In this document: positions 17,691 through 27,788 of the stretch, one piece after another
How the letters are laid out: every line of letters begins with the position of its first letter
How positions within the stretch are numbered: the first letter of the stretch is position 1
DNA from: Candidatus Zixiibacteriota bacterium
GTDB lineage: Bacteria; Zixibacteria; MSB-5A5; UBA10806; 4484-95
DNA length: 64,000 nucleotides
Direction: 5' to 3'
Assembly (NCBI GenBank): GCA_037441845.1
Contig: JBBIRK010000005.1
Location: forward strand, 32,001-96,000
Notes under the pieces: generated by a model
Seen by the model: the letters and a program-made list of their open reading frames with translations, nothing else
The model's database searches: none
What the model was told of the DNA's origin: nothing
Program-made: the position numbers and the translations under genes

Positions 17691-17888
17691 GCAAAAATCT
17701 TCATTTTTTATCGGCTACTTCCATATTTGGGGAAATTCCCGAATCATGGCACTCCATTAAGGCTATTCGGCTCTCGGGGGGAATTCTTAAGCCGATATTC
17801 GGGTCTTCTTTGCCGATTATTCCTATTGATCTGCGGTTCGCTTCGAATTCGATTGTCATAACCGAAGCGCATATTCGATATATCAAAT

Positions 17889-17920
17889 AAAAAAAGCCGA
17901 CCATTTTTCGGACGGCTTTT
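17889..17920 (-). terminator. Intrinsic terminator after the aminotransferase gene
   Basis: AAAAGCCG...CGGCTTTT inverted repeat with T7 tail on the minus strand. Confidence 0.6.
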
Positions 17921-17942
17921 CACGTCGGATCAATTATCCCGT

Positions 17943-19106
17943 TTACAATTTTTCCACAAAAGCACTGATCTTCTGTAATGCTTTTTCGATATTCTCGACG
18001 GAGTTAGCATAGGAGAATCTCAAATACCCTTCGCCGTAGGCTCCGAACGATGTCCCAGACAAAGCGGCCACTCCGGCTTCATGTAACAATCTATCGGCAA
18101 GCTCGGATGATTTCAGGCCCAGTTTCGTCACGTTGGGAAACACATAAAATGCGCCCTGGGGCATAAGGCAGGAAAATCCCCGAATTTTATTCAATCCGTT
18201 GACGATGACATCGCGTCGCTTACGGAATTCGGCAACCATCCGATTGACCTCGCTTTGATCACCACGCAACGCCTCAACGCCGGCGATCTGCGAAAAACTG
18301 GCGGTGCAGGAATTGCAGTTGGTTTGCAGCTTGGCCACCTGCACGGCGAGGTCTTCCGGCATCACCCCATAACCGAGCCGCCAGCCGGTCATGGCGTAGG
18401 TCTTGGAAAAACCATCGAGCAGCACCGTGCGTTCGGGCATACCCGCAAAGGTCAAGATAGAGTGATGCTTGGCATCGTAGGTGGTCCGCCCGTAAATTTC
18501 ATCTGAAAGAACGTAGATATCGCGCTCAATCGCCAGTTCGGCGATCTGCCTGAGATCATCATAATCGAGCATCGAACCGGTAGGATTGTGCGGCGAATTT
18601 ATGATTATCATGCGGGTTTTAGACGTCACCAACGATTTCAATTCATCGACATCGAGCCGGAATTGGTTTTCCTCTCTCAACCTTACAGCCACCGGCTTCG
18701 CGCCGATAAAATTTATGATCGATTCATAAATCGGGAAGCCCGGATTCGGATAGATGACCTCCTCCCCTTCGTTGACCAACGCCAGAATCGAAAAGAACAT
18801 GATCGGTTTGCCGCCGGGGGTCACCACTACGTTCTCGGGTTTGATCGTCATTCCCCGCGTGCGTTTAATTTCATCGACGATGGCTTTCCGAAGAACGTCC
18901 AATCCTGCTGAAGGGCCGTAATGAGTCCAATGATTGTTAAGCGCCTTTATCGCCTCATCGATAATGTTTCTCGGGGTATCGAAATCCGGTTCGCCTATTT
19001 CGAGATGGATTATTTCCTTCCCCTTAATTTCGAGCTCTTTGGCCCTAGCCAAAACCACGAATGCTGTTTCCGTCCCCAGCCGCGACATCCTGTTTGCAAG
19101 TTTCAT
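17943..19106 (-). CDS. PLP-dependent aminotransferase class I/II (aspartate aminotransferase-like)
   Basis: IGEPDF, NSPHNPTG, SDEIY, FSKTYAMTGWRLG (PLP Lys), GAFY, YLRFSY. Confidence 0.93.
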   Translation of the reverse strand: MKLANRMSRLGTETAFVVLARAKELEIKGKEIIHLEIGEPDFDTPRNIIDEAIKALNNHWTHYGPSAGLDVLRKAIVDEIKRTRGMTIKPENVVVTPGGKPIMFFSILALVNEGEEVIYPNPGFPIYESIINFIGAKPVAVRLREENQFRLDVDELKSLVTSKTRMIIINSPHNPTGSMLDYDDLRQIAELAIERDIYVLSDEIYGRTTYDAKHHSILTFAGMPERTVLLDGFSKTYAMTGWRLGYGVMPEDLAVQVAKLQTNCNSCTASFSQIAGVEALRGDQSEVNRMVAEFRKRRDVIVNGLNKIRGFSCLMPQGAFYVFPNVTKLGLKSSELADRLLHEAGVAALSGTSFGAYGEGYLRFSYANSVENIEKALQKISAFVEKL

Positions 19107-19189
19107 CTGTTACCTTTCATTTGCCACTGATTCGAGGTGACGTTCGCCGATATGTTCGGTCCTCCAATCACTCTTATACCCAACGCATA

Positions 19190-19218
19190 AAAATAATCCC
19201 GAACGATTGTAAAGTCAA
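19190..19218 (-). promoter_or_regulatory. Putative sigma-70 promoter of the aminotransferase
   Basis: TTGACT-17nt-TATTTT. Confidence 0.55.
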
Positions 19219-19277
19219 CCTTCATCACCGAGGAAGCACGGCGGATAAGCGGATTTTTTCCGAACGAAGAAAATATG

Positions 19278-19646
19278 TCAGATTTCAGTGATGCGCCTTT
19301 CCGCTTTCAATTGGGCGAAGCCGCCGATCAGAAGAATCAGCGATAGCGCAATATGGGTAATCGCCAGCGGCTGCATGCCGGAGTTTACTTTTCCGACGAT
19401 AAGCTCCAGACCGAACACTCCGACCGCGGCCAAACCGATCGCCAGCAGGGCTATGACTTTCCAGTGCGCCCAGCGGGATAGATAAATGCTCATGAATACC
19501 ATGTACCCGAGCGCAATCAAAAAAGGCCAATGCGATGAAAGTTCAACTCCGATAGTGCTGATATTCACGGCCAAAAACAGCAATACGAAACTGTTGAATC
19601 CCAGCCAAAATTTAGCCGCAAAATGCGCCGACTTGCCTTTAACCAT
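19278..19646 (-). CDS. Small membrane protein (about 4 TM), function unknown
   Basis: SD GGAGG upstream; four hydrophobic segments. Confidence 0.7.
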   Translation of the reverse strand: MVKGKSAHFAAKFWLGFNSFVLLFLAVNISTIGVELSSHWPFLIALGYMVFMSIYLSRWAHWKVIALLAIGLAAVGVFGLELIVGKVNSGMQPLAITHIALSLILLIGGFAQLKAERRITEI

Positions 19647-19738
19647 TCGGATCCTCCGTATTTTCCATTTGCTTATTTCTCACAATCCGTCAATCACGGT
19701 GGACAATCTCAATTTCGGCATATTTCCGCGCCGAGAAT

Positions 19739-20356
19739 TCAACATAGCTCGATATTCGATCTGCGGATTAGCTTCACGATATCGCCGACCGAACTTTTCA
19801 ACTTATCGATACCACCGTCATTTTTTACGACCCAATCGGCCAGGGCGTTCTTATCCCTTTGCGGCATCTGGACCTTGATTCTCCGTCTAAGCTGCCCCGG
19901 TCGGATTCCTGATTCAGCGCATCTTGCCAATCTAAGTTTCAACGGCGCATCCACCGAAATAATGTAGTCGAACCAATCGGCTATACCCCATTCGAATATC
20001 AACGCCGCCTCCACGACGATCATCTCTTGCGATTTATCCCATTTCAGGCGATTTACCCGCCGCCTCAGCTCCCGCAATAACGGCGGGTGTACGATCGCAT
20101 TGAATTTCGCCAATAGATCGCAATCGGCGAAAACGATTCCGGCGATTATACCCCTATTCGGAGCCCCATCTATGCCGAATACCTCGCCGCCCAGAAGTTT
20201 TTTTACCGATTGCTTTACGCGGCGGTTCCGCTCGAGCAACTCGTGGCCGATTTTATCCGCCGAGACGACAGCGGCTCCGAATTTGCGCAACATTTCGGCA
20301 ACCGTCGTTTTGCCTACAGCCGGTCCCCCGGTCAATCCGATCGTCTGTGCTTTCAA
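19739..20356 (-). CDS. coaE: Dephospho-CoA kinase
   Basis: IGLTGGPAVGKTTV P-loop, SADKIGH, IVHP, VEAALIFE; follows polA. Confidence 0.93.
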   Translation of the reverse strand: MKAQTIGLTGGPAVGKTTVAEMLRKFGAAVVSADKIGHELLERNRRVKQSVKKLLGGEVFGIDGAPNRGIIAGIVFADCDLLAKFNAIVHPPLLRELRRRVNRLKWDKSQEMIVVEAALIFEWGIADWFDYIISVDAPLKLRLARCAESGIRPGQLRRRIKVQMPQRDKNALADWVVKNDGGIDKLKSSVGDIVKLIRRSNIELC

Positions 20357-20374
20357 ACCGACACCCTTATTCCC

Positions 20375-23062
20375 CTAATGCGCTTCAAACCAATTATCCC
20401 CTTCGCCTATATCGACTCTTATAGGCACCTTCAGTTCGAGCGCACCCTCCATTTCTTTTTTCACCATATTTTGCAGATACTCTCTTTCGTCTAATTTTTG
20501 TTCGAACACCAGTTCATCATGAACCTGGAGAATCATTCTGGATAGTTTCCGATCGCGATTCAAATTTGCGGCGATTCGGATCATGGCGATTTTTATCAAA
20601 TCCGCCGCCGTGCCCTGAATCGGAGTATTGATGGCCGTCCTTTCGGCGAACTCCCGCGCCTGCCTCGAATCGGAATTAATATCGGGCAGATAGCGCCGTC
20701 TTCTCAACAAAGTTTCGACGAAACCCTTACGCCTGGCGGATTCTTTGATATCCTCCATGTATTTCTTGACTCCCGGATAGCGGTCGAAATAGGCGTTTAT
20801 ATAATCCTGCGCGCCCTTCACGCTGAGTTCGGATTGACGGGATAAACCAAAGGCACTGACTCCATAGATAATAGCGAAATTGGCGGTTTTCGCCGAACGC
20901 CTCATCGAATCCGTGACATCCTCGAGTTTAACCCCATAAACCTCTGCGGCCGTGCGCCGGTGTATATCCTCGCCTCTGCGGAACGACTCGATTAATGCTT
21001 CGTCTCCGGCGAAATGGGCCATCAGGCGAAGCTCGATTTGGGAATAGTCGGCCGACATCAGGTTATGCCCGGGCGAGGCAACGAACGCGCGGCGGATCTC
21101 CCTGCCTTCCTCGGTGCGGATCGGGATATTCTGCAGATTAGGATCCGACGACGACAGGCGACCGGTGACGGTCACCGTTTGATTGAAGTTGGTATGCACC
21201 CGACCAGTCACCGGATTTATCAACTTCGGCAAAGCGTCGATATATGTCGATTTCAACTTGGCAAGCTGTCGATAATCGAGAACGAGTTTCGGCACCGGAT
21301 GAATCAACGCCAACTTTTCGAGCACACCCACGTCGGTAGACTTTTCGCCGCCTTTGGCCGTTTTGCGAACCGATTGGAGGTTCAGCCGGTCGAATAATAC
21401 CCTGCGTAACTGCACCGGCGAATTGATATTGAATTCGAAACCCACATCATGATAGATCTGCTGCTCGATCGATAACATTTTTTCGGCGTATTCTTTCGAT
21501 AGCCGGCCTAAAACCTCACAATCGATGGCTACTCCCGCCCTCTCCATGTCGCCGAGAACCGGCAACAGGCGCATTTCCAGATCGAAAAATAGCCGGTCGA
21601 GAGATTGTTCTTCCAGACGGCTAAGCAAGACCTTTTTCAAGCGAAGCGCCATATCGGCGTCGGCGCCCGAATATGTCGTTGCCTTATCGATCGGCACATT
21701 GCGGAAAGATACCTGTTTGGCGCCGGTTCCTATGAGTTCGGTAATCGGCTGCATCTTATGACCGAAAATTTCCTCGACAAGACTCGCCAAACCGTGCGAT
21801 CTCCTCCCCGGATCGAGCACATAGGATGCGAGCATCGTATCGAAAAAGATCTCCTTGATTTCCGTCGAGTGATTGCCGAACACTTGTCGATCGAATTTCA
21901 AGTTGTGGCCGATCAGTCGCGGGGAACTTCGGAAGAAGTTGTCAAATAGGCTGAGCGTTTCGGCCAAAGGCAGATTCCCGGAAATGTTTTCATGTCCCAC
22001 CGGAATGTACCAAGCCCGCCCTTCATCGTAAGCTATCGCCACCCCCACCAATTTCGCCCGCATCGGATCGAGGTCGCTGGTCTCGGTATCGATTGCGCAC
22101 TCGCCGGCTCCGGCCGCGGATTCGAGAACGGATTTCAACTCTTCCAAATCGCCGACCGATCTATACTCGGCTGGGGCGCCGACAGGTTCGAGCGTAGGCC
22201 CGGCGCTATCCGCGATTTTGCCCATCAACGCATTGAATTCGAACCTCTTAAAAAGTGCGGCGAGTTTGGCTTTATCCGGCTGCTTCGTTTCGAATCTGGC
22301 GGGATCGAATTCAATGTTCATATTCTGGTCGATCGTTGCCAGCCGATAAGAGAGCCTGGCCAATTCGGCGTTCGCCGCAACCGCATCGGCGATTTTTTTC
22401 TTTTTTATCTTAGATGCGGATGCGATGACTTCGTCAAGCCCACCGAATTCTTTGATGAGCTCGAGTGCGGTTTTTTCGCCGACACCGGGAATTCCCGGGA
22501 TGTTGTCGGAATGATCTCCCATCAGGGCCAGATAATCCACGATCTTTTCCGGAGGTATCCCCATTTTTTCGATAACCGCCGCCGAATCGTACCACTGAAG
22601 CGTTTTGGGGTCGAGGATTTGTATGTTTTCGTTTACCAGTTGATAGTAATCCTTGTCCCCGGTGAAAATGCCGACATTGAAACCCGCATTTGCGGCTTTC
22701 ACCGCGAGAGTGCCTATCACGTCATCGGCCTCGAAACCCGGCATCTCGATAACCTGAATGTTGAAAGCGTCGAGTATTTCTTTTATCCAAGGCAACGAAT
22801 CGACCAAATCTTCCGGCATCTTGGCCCGCGTCGATTTATAATCGGCATACAATTCATGGCGGAATGTGGGCGTGGGCGTATCAAAAACGCACGCGATATA
22901 ATCCGGCTGAGTCTTTTCCAACAATCGAAAAAGCGACGAAGTGAACCCATAAACCGCTCCGGTGTTCTCCCCCCTCGAATTGATAAGCGGATTGCGGATA
23001 AAGGCGAAATAGCTGCGATAAGCGAGCGCCGAGCCGTCGATTAATATCAGTCTTTTTTTCAT
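20375..23062 (-). CDS. polA: DNA polymerase I
   Basis: 5'-3' exonuclease (LIDGS, EADD, GDKD), 3'-5' exonuclease (DTET), polymerase motifs TGRLSS, DYSQIELR, QVHDEL. Confidence 0.98.
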   Translation of the reverse strand: MKKRLILIDGSALAYRSYFAFIRNPLINSRGENTGAVYGFTSSLFRLLEKTQPDYIACVFDTPTPTFRHELYADYKSTRAKMPEDLVDSLPWIKEILDAFNIQVIEMPGFEADDVIGTLAVKAANAGFNVGIFTGDKDYYQLVNENIQILDPKTLQWYDSAAVIEKMGIPPEKIVDYLALMGDHSDNIPGIPGVGEKTALELIKEFGGLDEVIASASKIKKKKIADAVAANAELARLSYRLATIDQNMNIEFDPARFETKQPDKAKLAALFKRFEFNALMGKIADSAGPTLEPVGAPAEYRSVGDLEELKSVLESAAGAGECAIDTETSDLDPMRAKLVGVAIAYDEGRAWYIPVGHENISGNLPLAETLSLFDNFFRSSPRLIGHNLKFDRQVFGNHSTEIKEIFFDTMLASYVLDPGRRSHGLASLVEEIFGHKMQPITELIGTGAKQVSFRNVPIDKATTYSGADADMALRLKKVLLSRLEEQSLDRLFFDLEMRLLPVLGDMERAGVAIDCEVLGRLSKEYAEKMLSIEQQIYHDVGFEFNINSPVQLRRVLFDRLNLQSVRKTAKGGEKSTDVGVLEKLALIHPVPKLVLDYRQLAKLKSTYIDALPKLINPVTGRVHTNFNQTVTVTGRLSSSDPNLQNIPIRTEEGREIRRAFVASPGHNLMSADYSQIELRLMAHFAGDEALIESFRRGEDIHRRTAAEVYGVKLEDVTDSMRRSAKTANFAIIYGVSAFGLSRQSELSVKGAQDYINAYFDRYPGVKKYMEDIKESARRKGFVETLLRRRRYLPDINSDSRQAREFAERTAINTPIQGTAADLIKIAMIRIAANLNRDRKLSRMILQVHDELVFEQKLDEREYLQNMVKKEMEGALELKVPIRVDIGEGDNWFEAH

Positions 23063-23649
23063 TTTCGATAAAGACCGTGAGTTTTGATGAAATCCTCGAC
23101 CGAAGTCGGGACAAGATAGCGTATCGGTCTACCGTCCCTAACCCGATTTCTGATTTCGGAAGACGAAATGTCGATCTCGGGAATATCGAATATCTGAATT
23201 TTATCGGCGAATCGCCCGGCTGGTCTATACCCTTTACGGTTGGCCGCAACCACCCGGCAGTGAGCGAAAATCTCCTCGGGCTCTTTCCAGTTGTCCATAT
23301 CGGCCGCGTTATCGGCGCCGATTATGAGATACAGGCTCGATTCGGGAAATTCCCTTTCCAATGCGCGGATCGTATCGATAGTGTATGACAGACCCCCCCG
23401 GTCGATTTCGATTTCGGAGATGGTGAATCGAGGATCGCCGGCGATGGCAAGGCGAAGCATCTCCAATCTTAATTCCGAGGGGGTGATCGGCCTTTCTTGT
23501 TTGTGCGGTTGGATAAAGGCCGGAATGAATATGACCTTGTCTAAGTTTAGCGACTCGCAGGCAGCCTGAGCGAGAAGGAGATGCCCCAGATGGGGGGGAT
23601 CGAAAGTGCCGCCGAGCAAACCAATAGTTGGCTTTTCAGCCAGCGACAC
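23059..23649 (-). CDS. nadD: Nicotinate-nucleotide adenylyltransferase
   Basis: GGTFDPPHLGH, SYTIDT, IIGAD, ISSSEIR. Confidence 0.95.
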   Translation of the reverse strand: MSLAEKPTIGLLGGTFDPPHLGHLLLAQAACESLNLDKVIFIPAFIQPHKQERPITPSELRLEMLRLAIAGDPRFTISEIEIDRGGLSYTIDTIRALEREFPESSLYLIIGADNAADMDNWKEPEEIFAHCRVVAANRKGYRPAGRFADKIQIFDIPEIDISSSEIRNRVRDGRPIRYLVPTSVEDFIKTHGLYRK

Positions 23650-24391
23650 TGGAATCGTTCCTCAATTTTTCGAGCATTCGGCGCGCCTTGGCAGCCAATT
23701 TATGATCGGGAAAACCATCGGCAAATGCCTTCAAAGTCTGAATCCCTTCGCTTTTGCTGCCCATTCTAATCTGCGTTTCGCCCGTATAATATATCGCTTC
23801 GACCGCCCAAGGAGTGGCCGGGTGATTGTCCCGCACGTTCCAGAAATAAAGCAATGCCGGTCGATAGTCGCCGTTTTTAAGATATAGAATTCCGGTCATG
23901 AATTTTTTCTGCGCCAGCTTCGAATCGAGTTCGGCCAGCTTGCGTCTGGCGTCTTCGTTATAGGGTGAAATGGGATAGTTGCTCAAGAGTTGTTGGAACG
24001 CCTCGATAGCCATGAACGTCTCGGATTGGTCGAGCTGATATTTCGGCGACATCTTGAAATGGCAACAGGCAAGATAGTATTGCGAATCATCAGCGAATTC
24101 CGATTGCGGGTAACTTTGCAAAAGTCTCTTATATTCTCCGATCGCCTCGGGGTAATCCTTTTGATTGTAGTAGCACATGGCGAGGTAAAATTGCGCCGAA
24201 TCTATTACTATATTGCCCGGATAGGCATATATCAGCTTTTCGAATTCAGGCAGCGCTTTATGGTATTTTTTGCCGTCGTAATATCTTTTCGCAAGCGCGA
24301 ACTGTTCTTGAGCGGGGAGCACCGGCACCGGTTTGGGCGAGCAGGCCAAAATCATTACCAGCGCCGTTCCTATCACCGAAATCTTACGCAA
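23636..24391 (-). CDS. bamD: Outer-membrane protein assembly factor BamD (TPR lipoprotein)
   Basis: Lipobox ILAC; TPR repeats; LDQSET...YP pattern. Confidence 0.85.
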   Translation of the reverse strand: MRKISVIGTALVMILACSPKPVPVLPAQEQFALAKRYYDGKKYHKALPEFEKLIYAYPGNIVIDSAQFYLAMCYYNQKDYPEAIGEYKRLLQSYPQSEFADDSQYYLACCHFKMSPKYQLDQSETFMAIEAFQQLLSNYPISPYNEDARRKLAELDSKLAQKKFMTGILYLKNGDYRPALLYFWNVRDNHPATPWAVEAIYYTGETQIRMGSKSEGIQTLKAFADGFPDHKLAAKARRMLEKLRNDSSVAG

Positions 24392-24404
24392 ACGCCACTC
24401 CTTC

Positions 24405-25019
24405 TTATCTGCTGTTGAAAAAAAGAAACACCAACGCTCCGACCGCTGAGATAACCACTGCCGGCTCCAGGTATCTTCCGGCTCCCGACATGAACAGCTC
24501 GGGGTTCAACTCCTTATATTTACGACTGGCGACATAGTTCGCCTCTTGGTAGCGGATCGTGTCGGAAAAATCGAACCCGCGATAACCTATAAAATTGACC
24601 GGACCCAGCAGGCTCACGTATATTTGCCCCCGAAGATGACGGCGGATATCAGGACTTTTCAAAATCCCTCGGGAACCGGCTTTTTCATAGGTGAAACGAA
24701 AAGCGCTGATACGAATTTTGCTCTCGTACTCCTCGGATGCGATAAAGGAATCGGTTACGCCCGATATGACCCATCCGGCTTTCACCATGGCGGCGGTAAA
24801 CGCCTCGGCGGCCAGCTCGTCTATTCCCGGCTCCCGCACGACCCGCATGCGCCCGGGAGTCAGTTTCAAGCTGTCGACCACCGAGGATACGGCTTGTCCG
24901 ACGGCGCGGGAAAAAATAAACTCATTGGATGGTGGTTCGGCATACACCGGAATCAATCCGAACATGAGAATCAGGAAAACCGCAATGAAGATCGGGCTAT
25001 TGAATCGACGCCTCTCCAT
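24405..25019 (-). CDS. Hypothetical exported protein with C-terminal hydrophobic anchor
   Basis: Signal-like N-terminus; C-terminal EPAVVISAVGALVFLFFNSR; tightly packed in the operon. Confidence 0.65.
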   Translation of the reverse strand: MERRRFNSPIFIAVFLILMFGLIPVYAEPPSNEFIFSRAVGQAVSSVVDSLKLTPGRMRVVREPGIDELAAEAFTAAMVKAGWVISGVTDSFIASEEYESKIRISAFRFTYEKAGSRGILKSPDIRRHLRGQIYVSLLGPVNFIGYRGFDFSDTIRYQEANYVASRKYKELNPELFMSGAGRYLEPAVVISAVGALVFLFFNSR

Positions 25020-25662
25020 ACCTGCTTTTCAGTTCGCGGTAATTATCCAACACTCGATGGTAAAATCCGAGGGGCGGCTCGGCGTTATAATAATTATATT
25101 CGCCGACGAGTGACTCGCCCATGTTGTAGGCCAGCAAGCCATGTTTAAGGCTTTTGAATTTCAGTATCAAATCGAACAGGTAATTGACTCCGAGCCGAAC
25201 ATTCAATGCCGGATTGTATAAATCAATACCATCGAGCAAGTCAATACCGTTTTTTCTGGCCACGGCTTGAGCGGTCGTAGGCATAAGCTGCATCAAACCC
25301 ATCGCCCCATACTCGGAAATCTGATGCTTTCTGAATGAGCTTTCCGTCACTATCAGGGCAAGAATCAGATACGGATCGAACATGAAACGTTTGCTTTCCT
25401 CATATATGATATCGGCCACCTGAACCACTTCCCCCGAGGTAAGCCCGCGCTGATACTGCTCTATCGCGTTTATCAGCATCAATCTTTCTTTCAATTCCTT
25501 GATCGTGGCGTCGCGTTCGGCGATAGCTTGTTTCTGCCGCCCATATTCCCGGAATAGATAATGCACGGCCACCGATTCGGCCAATACCATGATAAGCAAA
25601 AAGACTATCAACACCCCTTTGAAAGTGATTTTGAAACGAATCGCCTTAGCTGCCTTAATCAT
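24997..25662 (-). CDS. Lytic transglycosylase (SLT domain), membrane-anchored
   Basis: TM plus coiled coil; LIVTESSF (catalytic Glu), GAMGLMQLMPTTA, AYNMG. Confidence 0.9.
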   Translation of the reverse strand: MIKAAKAIRFKITFKGVLIVFLLIMVLAESVAVHYLFREYGRQKQAIAERDATIKELKERLMLINAIEQYQRGLTSGEVVQVADIIYEESKRFMFDPYLILALIVTESSFRKHQISEYGAMGLMQLMPTTAQAVARKNGIDLLDGIDLYNPALNVRLGVNYLFDLILKFKSLKHGLLAYNMGESLVGEYNYYNAEPPLGFYHRVLDNYRELKSRYGEASIQ

Positions 25663-26932
25663 AGAACACTCCCTGGTTAAGGTCGCTTATCTTGATCATT
25701 TTGAAAGATCCGGGGCTTATGCCCTTCTTGCGCCCGACCAGATAATATCCGTCTATTTCAGGCGCCTGCCTGTGAGAACGGACCTCGAATTGCCTCGGAT
25801 CGTCCGCCGATATCGAATCGATCAAAACCCGCTCTATTCTCCCTATCCGGGCTCTTTCGATCTCCTCGGTGATCCTCGAGGTAGTCTCGATCAGCAATTC
25901 CTGACGCTCCTGCACCAGTTCCGGATCGATGCGGCCCTCAAGCCAGGAAGCCACCGTTCCATTCTCGGGACTGAAAGCGAACACGCCTACATGGTCGAAC
26001 CGTATTTCCTCGGCAAAATCGATCAGCATCCGAAAATCATCATCGCTTTCACCGGGGAATCCAACCATCAGGCTTGTTCTTAAAGATAATTCATTATCGA
26101 AATTCCGCAACCATTTTATTCGATCGCGGATCATTCGCGAGGTCGAGGCGCGGTTCATCCGTTTTAAAATTTTATCCGAGATATGCTGAATAGGCAAATC
26201 CAAATATCGACACACTTTTTTGCAGGAAAACGCTTTCTCCAACAGCTTTTCGTTAAGATGCGCCGGATGGGCGTACATCAGTCGGATCCATTCGATACGG
26301 TCGATGGCGGCGATTTCCCTACAGATATCGGCCATATCGAAATTCCCGCCGAGATCGGTTCCATAAAGAGTGCTGTCTTGCGCCACGAGTATGATTTCCT
26401 TTACTCCTTGCTCCGCAAGATAAGCCGCATCCTCGATAATCGAGGATAAGCTTGCGCTTCTATAACCGCCGCGGATCGAGGGAATTCGGCAATAGGCGCA
26501 ATGGTTATCGCAGCCGTCGGCTATTTTCACGTAGGCGAAATAAGATTCAGGTGAGACGCGCCGCGGTTTGACGGGATGATGACAGGCGCCGGTGCGGGCG
26601 GCCAGGTAATCGAATAATTCATCATAACGATCGAAAGGAACCGCCTTGGAAATCCCCGGAATTTCCGATTCGACCTCGGGAAGCGCCGGGTAACAACCGA
26701 CCAAAATGATTTCAGCCGATCTCTTGATTCCGCTTTTGATCATCGCCTCTATTTCACCTCTCGTTTCCAGCCTGGCCGATTCGATGAAAGCGCAAGAATT
26801 GACGAACAGGAAATCGGCCGCGCTCGGCTTCACGGATTCGATCAGCCCGAGCTGCTGAAGCCCGCCTCGCAAATAGTCGCCGTCCACCCGGTTTTTGGGA
26901 CAACCCAGGTTTAGAAAGTAATAACTATTCAT
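25655..26932 (-). CDS. rimO: Ribosomal protein S12 methylthiotransferase RimO
   Basis: LGCPKNRVD, NSCAFI, radical SAM motif CDNHCAYC, WIRLMYAHP, APEIDG. Confidence 0.92.
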   Translation of the reverse strand: MNSYYFLNLGCPKNRVDGDYLRGGLQQLGLIESVKPSAADFLFVNSCAFIESARLETRGEIEAMIKSGIKRSAEIILVGCYPALPEVESEIPGISKAVPFDRYDELFDYLAARTGACHHPVKPRRVSPESYFAYVKIADGCDNHCAYCRIPSIRGGYRSASLSSIIEDAAYLAEQGVKEIILVAQDSTLYGTDLGGNFDMADICREIAAIDRIEWIRLMYAHPAHLNEKLLEKAFSCKKVCRYLDLPIQHISDKILKRMNRASTSRMIRDRIKWLRNFDNELSLRTSLMVGFPGESDDDFRMLIDFAEEIRFDHVGVFAFSPENGTVASWLEGRIDPELVQERQELLIETTSRITEEIERARIGRIERVLIDSISADDPRQFEVRSHRQAPEIDGYYLVGRKKGISPGSFKMIKISDLNQGVFYD

Positions 26933-27788
26933 TTTCGTTTTTGCTGGTGATTTCGATTTGGGTGTCGATTGCCAAGGGGATTTTACCGGCCCATTCCGCC
27001 GGCAAGCCGAAATCGCCGAGGCCGCCGAAACCGGTAATTTTCAGTTTACATTTGTTACTCATCAACCTGCCCCTTGCCTGATCGAAAACGAGACCGCCGC
27101 TTCCGCTCACACGAAGCTCAGCGTGCACAGGCGAAAATCCGCTAATCAGATATTCAAAAAATATGCCTTTTTTTGCCTTGCTGTTCTTGTTTTCGCTGTA
27201 ATCATAAGTGATTTTAAGGGTTACGGGCAATTTCCCCGACTGGCTTGTCTCCACAACCAGGCTGATTTCCCTTTCCCATTGGACTTCCTTTGCATCCAGC
27301 TCGGAAGGAAATTCGGGTAGAACGAATGCCCAGAACGCCAGAAGATTTTGCGCTTGGGGGTCGGGATCGGAGCCGATTCCTTTGATCTTTCCCTTTCTGG
27401 TCAGCGAAAATTCGCCGCTGTTCCCGGTCCGGAATATGTCCCAGCCCGGTGAATCGACCAAATACAGACTGTCATTGAAGATGTTGACTATGCTGACGCG
27501 CTCAATCGTTCCTCTTACGAGGCCGCTGTTATTATCGAGCCTATTTTGATTCGCAAAACTGAATTCCATCTGGGCGTTCTGACCTATCCGCTTGATGCCA
27601 AGTGCGCTCGCCAACGCCGCATACTGAGCGAAATCCAGCATGCTGCTCGAGATCAACCGGTATTCAGTCGGCTCGGCCGATTTCAAATCGTAGGAAATTT
27701 CGACCGCTGGAGCCAGCGTCGCGTAAACGGCGATCATTAAAACCGACAACAACCGGGGCGCCGCATGCATGGCGGTTTTGCTTGTCAT
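26925..27788 (-). CDS. Hypothetical exported beta-rich protein
   Basis: Signal-like N-terminus; overlaps both neighbours. Confidence 0.65.
   Translation of the reverse strand: MTSKTAMHAAPRLLSVLMIAVYATLAPAVEISYDLKSAEPTEYRLISSSMLDFAQYAALASALGIKRIGQNAQMEFSFANQNRLDNNSGLVRGTIERVSIVNIFNDSLYLVDSPGWDIFRTGNSGEFSLTRKGKIKGIGSDPDPQAQNLLAFWAFVLPEFPSELDAKEVQWEREISLVVETSQSGKLPVTLKITYDYSENKNSKAKKGIFFEYLISGFSPVHAELRVSGSGGLVFDQARGRLMSNKCKLKITGFGGLGDFGLPAEWAGKIPLAIDTQIEITSKNENE

Noticed and set aside
17609..17904. Short ORFs 17609-17890 and 17701-17904
   Set aside because: AT-rich intergenic region with promoter and terminator signals; no protein-like features
21992..23044. 350-aa plus-strand ORF
   Set aside because: Antisense shadow of polA with no recognisable motifs
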